A stretch of DNA of 64,000 nucleotides, from positions 1 through 64,000 of the IMG/VR virus record IMGVR_UViG_3300003873_000007; one strand, written 5' to 3'. The position numbers and the translations under genes were made by a program. Source of the stretch: a virus. This document shows positions 18,818-28,824 of this stretch, in pieces (positions within the stretch are counted from its first letter, which is position 1; the number at the start of each line of letters is the position of its first letter). The notes under the pieces were generated by a model that saw only the letters and a program-made list of their open reading frames with translations, was not told the DNA's origin and made no database searches.

Positions 18818-19108
18818 ATGGATTTACAAAAATATCAAAATAAAATTAAAAATCGAACAGGTAGAATAAATGGTGAAGAAGTTCAGAAGTATTTAAATGA
18901 ACATAAATTTTCAGCTGAAATATCTTTTATGGAAGGATATATAGGTTTGGAGAATATGACATTTGATCATATCTACATCAATAATAAATTACAAGGAGAT
19001 ACATTTAATGATAAAGCTTGGATAAAAAATCGACCATTCGGAGACAATAAATTAAGTACGTCTAAATTTTTAGATTATGTAGAACCATATTTAATAAAGG
19101 AAAAATAA
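18818..19108 (+). CDS. Hypothetical protein
   Basis: 96 aa in operon. Confidence 0.65.
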   Translation: MDLQKYQNKIKNRTGRINGEEVQKYLNEHKFSAEISFMEGYIGLENMTFDHIYINNKLQGDTFNDKAWIKNRPFGDNKLSTSKFLDYVEPYLIKEK

Positions 19109-19416
19109 TGTTTAAAGAGGAAAAAAAAGAAATAAATTCATGGATAAGATATACACTAGGCTGGGTTATTATAATAATTGCAATATTTAGTGTATTAAAT
19201 TATATAGGCATTATTGGAAGCACTGTGGTAGAAAGAAAAGTTTTTGAGAATTCATATCAAAAAGTATCAGCTGATAATAAAGCAGAAAGAATATATTCTG
19301 CACAATTAGCAGAAGTTAATTCAATGTTAGATGAAACGGATATAGATTCAGATACACGTCAAGATTTAAGAAGACAAGCAGCTCTACTTAGAGTTCAATT
19401 AAATTCAATTCGATAA
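19108..19416 (+). CDS. Membrane-anchored coiled-coil protein
   Basis: N-terminal TM, VERKVFENSYQ. Confidence 0.7.
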   Translation: MFKEEKKEINSWIRYTLGWVIIIIAIFSVLNYIGIIGSTVVERKVFENSYQKVSADNKAERIYSAQLAEVNSMLDETDIDSDTRQDLRRQAALLRVQLNSIR

Positions 19417-19421
19417 AAACG

Positions 19422-19439
19422 ATCTTTATCGATAAAGAT
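19422..19439. repeat. Palindrome ATCTTTATCGATAAAGAT
   Basis: Perfect 18-bp palindrome, intergenic, dispersed family. Confidence 0.9.
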
Positions 19440-19453
19440 AAAAAAGGGATAAA

Positions 19454-20032
19454 ATGAAATCTATAAAATATTTAAGTTATTTATTAATATCAGCATTTAT
19501 GTTATTAGTAGTTGGTTGTAATTATAAACCTAGTCAAACAGCAAAAGACTCAGCAGCTGTTGAGAGACAGCAAAATCAGTATAGTAAAGGTCAGCCTATA
19601 CCATCATTCGATTATTCATTGGAAAGAGAAGCCGTTATAAAATTATATATGCTTAGAAACAAAAGAGTTTTAACTAGCACAGTATGGCGGTCAAACTCTG
19701 GAATGATTGAAGGAACTTGTCCATCTATGGGTTATGGAATTCCATATGATACTAGTCTCACAAATCCTTTTAAATTAACACATAAATATGTTAACTCAAG
19801 TACAGGTAGAATTTCAGGCGTTGTTGGACAAGCTGAACCAAACGGAATATTTGCAAGTGCAAATACTAGTGCAACTTGGGTTATGTGTATAGGAAATGCT
19901 GGAAATTTAGAACCGATTTATGTTGAATCAAAAGTAACTACTTATCCATATCCAATTAAAGTAGATTATGATAAAAACAGAGTTTACAAATTAAGTGATT
20001 CTAAAAATAAATTTAGATTAAATCGACGATAA
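19454..20032 (+). CDS. Putative lipoprotein
   Basis: Signal peptide with lipobox LVVGC; YGIPY, QAEPNGIF. Confidence 0.75.
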   Translation: MKSIKYLSYLLISAFMLLVVGCNYKPSQTAKDSAAVERQQNQYSKGQPIPSFDYSLEREAVIKLYMLRNKRVLTSTVWRSNSGMIEGTCPSMGYGIPYDTSLTNPFKLTHKYVNSSTGRISGVVGQAEPNGIFASANTSATWVMCIGNAGNLEPIYVESKVTTYPYPIKVDYDKNRVYKLSDSKNKFRLNRR

Positions 20033-20041
20033 AGGAAAAAA

Positions 20042-20548
20042 ATGTTTAAAAAATATACAAGATGTAAAGATGTTCCCACTTATAAAGGCATGCAAATCCG
20101 AGAAAATGTTCCTTTTATTATGACATTGGATGAATCAATAAAATTTTATTATATTATTAAAAAAGTAAATAAAAAATATATAGTTAGAGTATTTGATGAA
20201 GAATGTATGTTATATATAAGAGCTGGATATATTAGAGATGATAAGGATAATAAATATCAAACAGATAAACACACCTTTGATACGAAAAACGAAATTTATG
20301 CCTTTTTAAATTCGACAGGTTTTTCAAATGATAATTTAAAATCATTAAAAAAGCTTTTAAATAAACCTAAAATGTATCTTGCTGAAGATATTTATTTATT
20401 TAGCGAAAGCGATGATACATTAGTATCTAAATCAGATGTATCTATCTATATGGAAAAGGGTACACGTGTTAAACTAAAAGATGGTTTATACTATTCAAAA
20501 GAAGGTTCTTCTGCGCCAGAAGAAATTTGTAAAATAAAAATTAAATAA
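20042..20548 (+). CDS. Hypothetical protein
   Basis: 168 aa, AAGGA RBS. Confidence 0.7.
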   Translation: MFKKYTRCKDVPTYKGMQIRENVPFIMTLDESIKFYYIIKKVNKKYIVRVFDEECMLYIRAGYIRDDKDNKYQTDKHTFDTKNEIYAFLNSTGFSNDNLKSLKKLLNKPKMYLAEDIYLFSESDDTLVSKSDVSIYMEKGTRVKLKDGLYYSKEGSSAPEEICKIKIK

Positions 20549-20554
20549 AATAGA

Positions 20555-20582
20555 AAATGATCTTTATCGATAAAGATCATTT
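20555..20582. repeat. 28-bp palindrome AAATGATCTTTATCGATAAAGATCATTT
   Basis: Same core as 19422. Confidence 0.9.
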
Positions 20583-20666
20583 AGTTGAAACACTAGAAGA
20601 TTATAAAGGTGTACTTAATAAGTACTTATTCAAATAACAAGAGCCCGTTGGGACAAAGGAAATATA

Positions 20667-21309
20667 ATGAACACAAATAACACAACACCAGTAGTAGAAA
20701 CAGTAGTAGAAACACCAGTAGTAGTAGAAACAGCAGCACCAGCAGCACCAGCAGTAGTAACAGTAGCTCCAAAAGCTAAAAAAGAGTACGCTAAGGTACC
20801 TGATACACATACAGCATCTTTTGATTTTAATGCTCTTCGTTCTCGCATCACAACTAGTATTGTTTCAGTTTTCAAGTTTTCAAACGGAACTGCGTGGAAT
20901 AGTTTTATAAAAGGTAAAAGTGATAGAATGTCAGATGCATCTATGAAAACTGCAATGGAAAGAGCTGGTTATGTATGGTTAAATGTAGCTGTTAAAAAAG
21001 ATGATCTTGATTTAATCAATTCAATTGAAAAATCTAATGCGGATTCAATTGAAGCTATTGATAGTGTTATGGTTGAACATGAACAAGAGAAAAAAGAAAA
21101 AGCTGCTAAGAAAGCTAAAGAAGCAGAAGAAAAAGCTGCTAAGAAAGCTAAAGAAGCAGAAGAAAAAGCTGCTAAGAAAGCTTAAGAAAGCTAAAGAAGC
21201 AGAAGAAAAAGCTGCTAAGAAAGCTAAAGATAATAGTTCAACAAACGAAACTGTTCAAACACCTGTTGAAGTACCAGAGATTGATATTGACGCTTTAGTA
21301 GCGGAATAA
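20667..21309 (+). CDS. Low-complexity Lys/Ala/Glu-rich protein, frameshifted by a 10-bp duplication in a 33-bp repeat (stop at 21185 as assembled)
   Basis: TAAGAAAGCT duplicated at 21173-21192; removing one copy joins 20667.. to ..21309 (210 aa). Confidence 0.65.
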
Positions 21310-21337
21310 TATAATAATACAATAATGCAATTTAGTG

Positions 21338-21367
21338 TTTAGAAGATTAGATATCTAATCTTCTAAA
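21338..21367. terminator. 30-bp perfect palindrome, putative terminator
   Basis: TTTAGAAGATTAGATATCTAATCTTCTAAA followed by a T-run. Confidence 0.6.
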
Positions 21368-21406
21368 TTTTTTAATATAAAATAATAGAGATGAAAAGGC
21401 TTATTT

Positions 21407-22204
21407 ATGCAGAAATACATATTCAAAGATATAGTGTACACTAGAGATGTGATCTTACCTTTAATCGCAGGAAAAGATGATTATACAACACTTCAAGGTG
21501 TTAAAGTAAAATTAACAGGACTTAGATTAAAATCTTTTCTTAAACGCGAACCGTGTGCAGCATGTGGAATAGAAGGAACTATTTTTAAAATTGCTGGTAA
21601 TCCAAATTATAAAAATAACCAAAATCATAATTATCAATGGCATCTAACTCTTTGGAGTGAATGTAATAGACAAATGTCAAAAGATCATATAATACCTACG
21701 AGTAAAGGAGGGACAAATAATCTAAATAATATCCAAACAATGTGTGTCATATGTAATCAAAAAAAAGGGAATAAAGTTACAGAAGAAGAGTTAAAAAAAG
21801 GAGAATTAATTAAAGATTATTCACCGGTCGTTTCTCAAAATGAAACAGTTGAAGAAAGATGCATTGGAAAAACATTTAAACAATTAGTTGATGAATTTGA
21901 AGATACTGATAATTTATCATATGAAGATAATCATTTTAGAGACTCTATTATTGGAAAAATGTCAACTGAAGTTTCTGATTACGGTAGAAAAATTAAAAGA
22001 AATGTTTATTTATTAAAAGAGGGAGATTTATACGAACAGGCTGTAAAAGATGGTATAATTGAAAAATCAAAAATTGTCTATAATTTTGCAAAATCCATTG
22101 TAGAAAATTATGATGGAACATTAAGTATACATAATGAAAGGATGCGATATGTACCATCTAAAATAAGAAGAAATTTAATCAATGAATATAAAAAAGGAAA
22201 ATAA
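21407..22204 (+). CDS. HNH endonuclease
   Basis: CAACG; MSKDHIIPTSKGGTNNLNNIQTMCVICNQKKG. Confidence 0.85.
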   Translation: MQKYIFKDIVYTRDVILPLIAGKDDYTTLQGVKVKLTGLRLKSFLKREPCAACGIEGTIFKIAGNPNYKNNQNHNYQWHLTLWSECNRQMSKDHIIPTSKGGTNNLNNIQTMCVICNQKKGNKVTEEELKKGELIKDYSPVVSQNETVEERCIGKTFKQLVDEFEDTDNLSYEDNHFRDSIIGKMSTEVSDYGRKIKRNVYLLKEGDLYEQAVKDGIIEKSKIVYNFAKSIVENYDGTLSIHNERMRYVPSKIRRNLINEYKKGK

Positions 22205-22633
22205 ATGAAAGTTGTAGTACAAGAAGAATGGTTTAGTTTAAAACAGTGTAATAATAATCCGTCATATATTTATGTATTTGGAGATAATTTATTAAGAGTT
22301 GGTGAAGCAGGACAAGCACAGATTCGTTCTGCTTCAAATTCGATAGGAATTGCAACGAAAAGAAGTCCATCTATGAATGAAGAATCTTTTTTTGCAGATA
22401 CATGTGAAGATCATTTTGCACTCCTTAATGATATACAACGAGTTTATAAAATTTATAAAGATCCACAATTTCAAAATATGATACTTGTGTTCCCATCAGA
22501 TGGATTAGGAACTGGATTAAGCGAACTACCAAAACGAAGTCCATTTTTAAATAATCAATTAAAAATGATGTTAAAAAATTGTTTTAATATTGATACAAAT
22601 GAAGATAATAAATTATCAATAAAGGATGTGTAA
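22205..22633 (+). CDS. Conserved phage protein, possible macro-like fold
   Basis: YVFGDNL..GEAGQAQIR..NSIGIATK..FPSDGLGTGL. Confidence 0.55.
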   Translation: MKVVVQEEWFSLKQCNNNPSYIYVFGDNLLRVGEAGQAQIRSASNSIGIATKRSPSMNEESFFADTCEDHFALLNDIQRVYKIYKDPQFQNMILVFPSDGLGTGLSELPKRSPFLNNQLKMMLKNCFNIDTNEDNKLSIKDV

Positions 22634-22896
22634 TGGACACTGTATTAATTGTATTACTGACTTTTTTTTCTGCTTTAATTGCTGGATTAAGTTTTATATT
22701 AATGGACGGGATAACCTCTCGAGAAAAGAGTCTATATTCAATACTCGCTGTTTTAATTATTATTGTTACATCAACAATTACTTGGCAAATTAGAACAAAC
22801 GTTGAATATAAACACATATATAAAAATATAAATATTCATGACACAACTGGATATAAATTATGGAGATTAAAAGAAATAAAGGATACAAATGATTGA
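22633..22896 (+). CDS. Small membrane protein
   Basis: Two TM segments. Confidence 0.65.
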   Translation: MDTVLIVLLTFFSALIAGLSFILMDGITSREKSLYSILAVLIIIVTSTITWQIRTNVEYKHIYKNINIHDTTGYKLWRLKEIKDTND

Positions 22897-23245
22897 AAGA
22901 GCACATTTTTCATTTAAACAAATGCTTAAAAAACTTATCAATTCTTGTACAAAAGATACAATTAAAAACGTCTATGAGGTTTTGAATTTACCGAAAGATT
23001 TAAGACCTTATGAGTTACATTTAGGACATGGTGCAATTATTGATATGGAGGGATTGTATAATGTTGATGAAATTCATGATGAATTTCAAATGTATCCAGA
23101 TAGATCAGGTGAATATAAAGATGTTAAGTTTAAATGTTATGATGCCCATCAAGTACTTGAATTAATCAATGCTGGATTTGCTGAGATTATTGGAATAAAT
23201 AAAGATAATACTGAGTATTATATTAGAATGAGAAGACACTATTAA
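22889..23245 (+). CDS. Hypothetical protein
   Basis: 118 aa, AAGGA RBS. Confidence 0.65.
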   Translation: MIERAHFSFKQMLKKLINSCTKDTIKNVYEVLNLPKDLRPYELHLGHGAIIDMEGLYNVDEIHDEFQMYPDRSGEYKDVKFKCYDAHQVLELINAGFAEIIGINKDNTEYYIRMRRHY

Positions 23246-23255
23246 AGGAAAAATA

Positions 23256-23699
23256 ATGGAAATTGAAAGAAGATTTTTAGTAAATGATAAAGTCCAGTTA
23301 AATGTTATGCCTATAATTATTTCACAAGGGTATATGTTAAGTGATGACAAATCAAATCTTAGAGTTAGATTATCGGACACTCAAGGATTTATAACATATA
23401 AAAATAAAATATCAGATATGTCTAATCATGAATATGAGTATGAGATCCCATCATCTGATGCATCAGAGATGATTAGATTGAGCAAATATAAAATAAGCAA
23501 ATTACGATATATATTACCATATCATAAAGATATAGTATGGGAAATCGATAGATTCGAGAATGGTTTAATAATTGCAGAAATTGAAATTCCGAGTGAAGAT
23601 TTTGAATTAGATTTACCTGAATGGATAGAAAAAGAAATAACAGGCGAATTTGAATATTCAAATTTATATATGGCTAAAAATGGATTAAAGGAAAAATAA
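23256..23699 (+). CDS. CYTH-domain protein (triphosphate tunnel metalloenzyme)
   Basis: MEIERRFLV, ISQGY, LRVR, EYEYEIP, WEIDRF, IAEIE. Confidence 0.9.
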   Translation: MEIERRFLVNDKVQLNVMPIIISQGYMLSDDKSNLRVRLSDTQGFITYKNKISDMSNHEYEYEIPSSDASEMIRLSKYKISKLRYILPYHKDIVWEIDRFENGLIIAEIEIPSEDFELDLPEWIEKEITGEFEYSNLYMAKNGLKEK

Positions 23700-24118
23700 T
23701 GAGAACATACAAAGATATACGAGAAGAATGGATACATCTTCGAAAGATAAAAGGTGTTGATAAATTAGAGGTAGATTATATTAAACAAGCTACTTTAGGG
23801 TTGATTATAGATAAAGTTGATAAGATTCTCAAAAAAGAAGGTAATGGTCAACATGATGACTATCTCATGAGTGCAATTAAAAGTGAATTGAAACAGACAA
23901 AAGATGCTCTGAGTCAAGGGGTAGACTGCCAAATTCAAATTGATATATTAGAATCTTTATTACCTCAATCATTAAGTATAGAGGAAACCACAGGGACTAT
24001 AATAGCAATTATTGCTCGATACGATAATCCAAATATGGGAATTATAATGAAAGAATTAAAAGGTATCAATAATATAGATATGAAAATTGCTAGTAAATTG
24101 GTGAAAGAGTTATTGTGA
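23699..24118 (+). CDS. GatB/YqeY-domain protein
   Basis: ILESLLPQSLS, NMGIIMKELKG, DMKIASKLVK. Confidence 0.75.
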   Translation: MRTYKDIREEWIHLRKIKGVDKLEVDYIKQATLGLIIDKVDKILKKEGNGQHDDYLMSAIKSELKQTKDALSQGVDCQIQIDILESLLPQSLSIEETTGTIIAIIARYDNPNMGIIMKELKGINNIDMKIASKLVKELL

Positions 24119-24534
24119 AAAAATATCAAAGTGACTTAAAAGATAAGATTTTCTTTACAGATAAACGATCAGATAAGTTTGATGAATTAGCTAAAGATAA
24201 TGAAGGAAATTCATTATTATTTGGAAATATGTATCAGATAAAATCTGATACATATAATTTTTATTATATACCTTTAAAATATCAGTTATATGCTTATCAA
24301 TCAATCAATGATTTAAAAGGCGATGTTCAATGTTTAATTATAAAAGATAATGAATCGTATATAGCAGGACAATGTATCGGATATTCTCAAAATATCCAAT
24401 ATAATACAAAATTAGATATTTTATCCAAAGAAGCGCATGAAATGATAGATCCAATTACTTTAATTAAAGGGTTTGAAATATTAGAATTAGAATATGAAAT
24501 AAATTTAAAGGAAAGAGAATGTTTAAAAAAATAA
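24115..24534 (+). CDS. Hypothetical protein
   Basis: GTG start, coupled. Confidence 0.6.
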   Translation: MKKYQSDLKDKIFFTDKRSDKFDELAKDNEGNSLLFGNMYQIKSDTYNFYYIPLKYQLYAYQSINDLKGDVQCLIIKDNESYIAGQCIGYSQNIQYNTKLDILSKEAHEMIDPITLIKGFEILELEYEINLKERECLKK

Positions 24535-25073
24535 TGATCATGATAATGATGGTATCAACTTTAAGTGCAATATCCGCTGATACCTTAGCAAATGCTGGTT
24601 TTGATAAATTAACAAAACAAGAGCAAATTGATATATTGAAAACCGTCGCGGATAAAACGGCTGCTTCAAAAATATCAAAAAAAGATACAATTAAAAATGT
24701 ATCCGAATGGGTTAATCTTGGAAGTAGTATAGGCAAAGGGTTATCAAGTTCCGCAAAAGAATTAGGTGTAACAGTGAATGAATTTTCAAAAACAAGTGTT
24801 GGTAAATGGACAATGTTTTTGATTATTTTTAAAGTAATCGGTTCACATATTTTACATTTTATCGCTGGCATGCTTATGTTAATTATAGGAATACCTATTA
24901 CAACTTTTTTAATAAATAAAAAAGTTGGAGTAGAAATAACATATAATGAAAAAGATGGTAAAAAATTAAAAGTAGTTAAAAATAGATTAGATGATGAGAC
25001 TACGGGAATCTTCTGGTTTGCATATATTGTAATTGTGCTAGCGAGTATTATTACAATGTTAACTGGAAATTAA
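24519..25073 (+). CDS. Membrane protein with signal peptide
   Basis: Signal peptide and 2-3 TM segments; AKELGVTVNEF. Confidence 0.7.
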   Translation: MFKKIMIMIMMVSTLSAISADTLANAGFDKLTKQEQIDILKTVADKTAASKISKKDTIKNVSEWVNLGSSIGKGLSSSAKELGVTVNEFSKTSVGKWTMFLIIFKVIGSHILHFIAGMLMLIIGIPITTFLINKKVGVEITYNEKDGKKLKVVKNRLDDETTGIFWFAYIVIVLASIITMLTGN

Positions 25074-25075
25074 TT

Positions 25076-25435
25076 ATGGAAAACATTATACATGTAAAAA
25101 ATAAAACTGGTGAAATAATTTTATCATACTATTTAATAAAAACAGCAAAAAGATTAACATTTGATATTCAATTTCAAAGCGATGATACTCGGTATAAAGG
25201 TTCTGATTTTCCAGGATCCGGTTTTGTTTTTAAAGCTTCTAATGCATATGAGGTTATCAGTCGCAGTCGAATGGATATTCAAACTGAGAGAATATGGTTA
25301 CATGGAGCAACTACCGATTCATCCGCTCATCGTTCAGGAACGATGGTGTTTTCGTCTGATATAAAAAGAGATCAGGCGTTTCATGAATTTAATAAAGCTC
25401 TTATAGAGTGGGGAGAAAAAAATGTTAACAGTTAA
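25076..25435 (+). CDS. Hypothetical protein
   Basis: 119 aa in operon. Confidence 0.65.
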   Translation: MENIIHVKNKTGEIILSYYLIKTAKRLTFDIQFQSDDTRYKGSDFPGSGFVFKASNAYEVISRSRMDIQTERIWLHGATTDSSAHRSGTMVFSSDIKRDQAFHEFNKALIEWGEKNVNS

Positions 25436-25862
25436 ATTACCGGATAACGATGAAATTATAATTGGTGGATTCAATAATGGTCTCGGACACGTTCATACAC
25501 AAAATCACAAAATTGACAAATATGCAGAACTATTAATTGTACCAGCTCATGAATTTCACATAGTTGGAGGTAACCAAATAACAGGGATTGTAGGGATTAA
25601 ATCAATAGAATTACCTAAAAAAGAGAATGACTTTAAATTTAGGGTAAGTTTAAAAAATCGATCATTTCCAACAATTGACATTATACCTATTCAATTAGAA
25701 AATTTGGCGGATAGAATATTTAATGTTGATCCATCATGTGGAACACAAGATATTATGATATATGCTTATATAACACAAATTATAAATGATATATCATCAG
25801 ATAAACTTGTGACTCCTACATATAAAATATTTTTTAAAGGAGAAAAAAATGTTAACCATTAA
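25422..25862 (+). CDS. Hypothetical protein
   Basis: 146 aa, GGAG RBS. Confidence 0.7.
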   Translation: MLTVKLPDNDEIIIGGFNNGLGHVHTQNHKIDKYAELLIVPAHEFHIVGGNQITGIVGIKSIELPKKENDFKFRVSLKNRSFPTIDIIPIQLENLADRIFNVDPSCGTQDIMIYAYITQIINDISSDKLVTPTYKIFFKGEKNVNH

Positions 25863-26103
25863 AAAAGAAGATGATCGAAATATAGTAATGTATTCGTAAT
25901 CAAAAGAATTATTTCAATTCTCAGCATATTTAAACAATACGTCAAATTATAATAATATTGTAGAAATTAATAACAATGAGTTTACAATAAAAAATATTGA
26001 CAGAGACACATTAATAGTTAAAATTGATAATTTTAATGATACTTTACAAAGAATTAAAGATATAAAAAAAAATCTAAAATCTTATACAGATTTGATTAAT
26101 TAA
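25849..26103 (+). pseudogene. 84-codon ORF interrupted by one in-frame TAA (25897-25899)
   Basis: AAGGAG RBS, MLTIKKEDDRNIVMYS*SKELFQF...YTDLIN*; fills an otherwise empty gap. Confidence 0.65.
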
Positions 26104-26119
26104 TTTAAAGGATAATGAT

Positions 26120-26395
26120 ATGAATTTAGAAGAAGTAGAATTTGATTTTCAAGTAACAGAGGAAACATTTAGAAAACCGACTGAATTGGAAACAGTATTA
26201 AACAAAAAATTTTATTATGGTAAAGGTGGATTAGTTTTAAATATTAATGAAGAACTTTTTTTAAAAAAAGAGGATGCTGATAAAATAGCAAAATCTTTTC
26301 AAAATATGATTATTCGCAATGAAATATTTGCAGATAGTGTAACACCATTAGAAGCATTCGCTTATCAAATATTAACAAAATGTTATGGAAATTAA
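26120..26395 (+). CDS. Hypothetical protein
   Basis: 91 aa, AAGGA RBS. Confidence 0.7.
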   Translation: MNLEEVEFDFQVTEETFRKPTELETVLNKKFYYGKGGLVLNINEELFLKKEDADKIAKSFQNMIIRNEIFADSVTPLEAFAYQILTKCYGN

Positions 26396-26407
26396 AAGGA
26401 AATTAAA

Positions 26408-27172
26408 ATGAGTAAATTATTAATTAGTAGTATGAGTGGTGGATTAGATTCATCAACTTTAGTTGCAAAAGCATTAGATGAAGGATATTCAATTCTTCCT
26501 ATAAATTTTAATTATGGCCAAAAAAATATTGTAGAAATGGCTTCACAGAAAAAAGTTCGTAATTTCTATGCTACAAAATATCCAGGTATGGTGATGGATA
26601 CTTTAGTTTTAGATATAAATACATTTCTTAAACCAGTAGTAAATACGTTTCAAAAGAATAGAGATAACGGAAAAGCAAATGAAACAACAGGAATGGAATT
26701 TTATTTTCCTGCTCGTAATTTATTATTTATGTCCGTAGCCGCAGTGGTGGGTGAAATAATTGCAAATGATCAATCAATTAAAGAGATTGCTTTGGGATTA
26801 GGGATTCACAAACATTCTGATATTTATGCAAAAGATTATTGGGACATTTCACCGGAATTTGCAGATAAACTACAATCTTTATTGTCATTAAATGATAATG
26901 TTGATGTTAAAATTTATGCACCATATAAAGATGGTGAAAAATCAAAAATAATCGATGATGTTGTTAGATTAGACGTCCCTTATAAATTAACATGGACTTG
27001 TTATAATCCAGATTTATTTAATTCAATAGGAAATTCAGAAGGAATATTTGAAACATATGTTCCTTGTATGAGATGTGAGGCATGTTTAGAAAGAGCAAGT
27101 CAAGCAGTTAAATCAGAGTTATTCACTGGCGGTGATATTAACGATTATTTTATTACTATTAAAAAAGATTAA
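26408..27172 (+). CDS. queC: 7-cyano-7-deazaguanine synthase
   Basis: SGGLDS PP-loop, FNYGQK, FPARNLLF, TWTCY...CMRCEAC. Confidence 0.9.
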   Translation: MSKLLISSMSGGLDSSTLVAKALDEGYSILPINFNYGQKNIVEMASQKKVRNFYATKYPGMVMDTLVLDINTFLKPVVNTFQKNRDNGKANETTGMEFYFPARNLLFMSVAAVVGEIIANDQSIKEIALGLGIHKHSDIYAKDYWDISPEFADKLQSLLSLNDNVDVKIYAPYKDGEKSKIIDDVVRLDVPYKLTWTCYNPDLFNSIGNSEGIFETYVPCMRCEACLERASQAVKSELFTGGDINDYFITIKKD

Positions 27173-27174
27173 TT

Positions 27175-28824
27175 ATGAAACAGAGGGTAATTAAAAACAT
27201 TGATCATAAAGGAATCATGGACGAATTACAACGAAGAGTTGATGATTCAATTACCCGTTGGGAACAAGTTCCTCACTATTCAACTATGCTAAATATAGAT
27301 AAAGCAGTTGCACGATTTATACAAGCTGTTAATAACAATGAACGAATTGTTTTTATTCATGATAGTGACGCTGATGGTTTAGGTACATACATGTTAAGTG
27401 TTGTATTTTTCAGATTTTTTAATTATCAAAATATTGAAATTATGATTACTGATAGGCACAACGGATATGGATTTGTGCCAAAATATGTTAATGATCGATG
27501 TAATGATAATGTAGGTTTATATATCACCGCAGATAACGGTATTACTAGCATACCTGCGTGTAAACGAGCGAAAGAGTTAGGGATCGATGTAATCATCACC
27601 GATCACCATCAAGTTGATATAGAGCAAGGATTACCTGATGCTATCGTGATTGATCCACATCAAAATGAATGTTCATTTAAATACCCAAATATTAACGGAA
27701 CATTCGTATATTGGTATTTTTTATGGGCTGTCGCAGATATAGCAAAAACACCTATTAATATGAGGACTGAATTTTTGCCGGAGCTATCTTTAACAACGAT
27801 TAGTGATGTTATGCCATTAACTGGTATAAATAGATTTGTAGTTAAAGAAGGATTAAAAGTATTTGGAACTCATCATAGACAGTGGTCAAAAACTTTTTTT
27901 ACGGTTTTTAATAAACCTAGTATAACGGCAGAAGATTTAGCATTTAATTTAATTCCGGCTATTAACGCGACTAGTCGATTAACAAACGCAGAAGAATCAG
28001 CAATGTTTTTAACAAGAGAAACATTGCATGATAGTACAATATGGTTATCTTATATAAAAGCATTAAATGATGTTAGAAAAGGCAAACAAGAAGATTTAAT
28101 GATTGCGATTAATTCATTTTATGGAACCTGGTTAGAAAAGAATTTTATTTTGATTCCAGGAGAGAATTTTGAAAAAGGTATACTTGGACCAGCAGCAGGT
28201 AGATTAGCACAGACTCATAAAAAACCTGTAATTGTTTTAAGTAAAAATAAAGCAGGAGATACATATTCTGGGTCTGGTCGAAGCACTGGCAAAATTAATT
28301 TATTGGGATTAGTAAAAGACAATCCATATATAATTAGTGATAGAACAGGAGGACATAAGGCTGCGGCTGGTGTAAGTTTTCCAGTCAAGGATCTAAATAA
28401 TTTTTTTCTACAATTAGAAAAAGACACAGCTGCATTAGATCCTGATTTATATTACGATGAATCAAAAGAACCATTTGGTATGTTAAAACTTAGATTAGTT
28501 GATTATCAATTATTAGAGGATATTAATAAATTTCAACCATTTGGTGAACAATTTCAGAAGCCAAGTTTTATGGCGAGTGGAAAATTTACAAAAGTTTCAA
28601 AGATAGGAAAGCAAAAAAATCATTATACTTTAGAAATACAAGATGGGCTTGGATGTAAACTTAGAGGAGTATGGTTTTTCTTCGAAGAAGAATTAGAAAA
28701 AAATACAAATTATACTTTTATATTTACCATAAATAAAGATGATTTTAAAAACGATGATCCAGAAGCGATTGTACTCCATATAAAAGAAATCGTAAATGTT
28801 TTAGATTATAAATTTGAAGAATGA
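27175..28824 (+). CDS. recJ: RecJ-like ssDNA exonuclease (DHH/DHHA1)
   Basis: HDSDADG, ITADNG, TDHH, SDVMPL, GSGRS, GGHKAAAG. Confidence 0.92.
   Translation: MKQRVIKNIDHKGIMDELQRRVDDSITRWEQVPHYSTMLNIDKAVARFIQAVNNNERIVFIHDSDADGLGTYMLSVVFFRFFNYQNIEIMITDRHNGYGFVPKYVNDRCNDNVGLYITADNGITSIPACKRAKELGIDVIITDHHQVDIEQGLPDAIVIDPHQNECSFKYPNINGTFVYWYFLWAVADIAKTPINMRTEFLPELSLTTISDVMPLTGINRFVVKEGLKVFGTHHRQWSKTFFTVFNKPSITAEDLAFNLIPAINATSRLTNAEESAMFLTRETLHDSTIWLSYIKALNDVRKGKQEDLMIAINSFYGTWLEKNFILIPGENFEKGILGPAAGRLAQTHKKPVIVLSKNKAGDTYSGSGRSTGKINLLGLVKDNPYIISDRTGGHKAAAGVSFPVKDLNNFFLQLEKDTAALDPDLYYDESKEPFGMLKLRLVDYQLLEDINKFQPFGEQFQKPSFMASGKFTKVSKIGKQKNHYTLEIQDGLGCKLRGVWFFFEEELEKNTNYTFIFTINKDDFKNDDPEAIVLHIKEIVNVLDYKFEE

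Noticed and set aside
25897-25899. Stop-codon reassignment
   Set aside because: This is an isolated case; TAA ends most genes and long conserved genes are uninterrupted in code 11.
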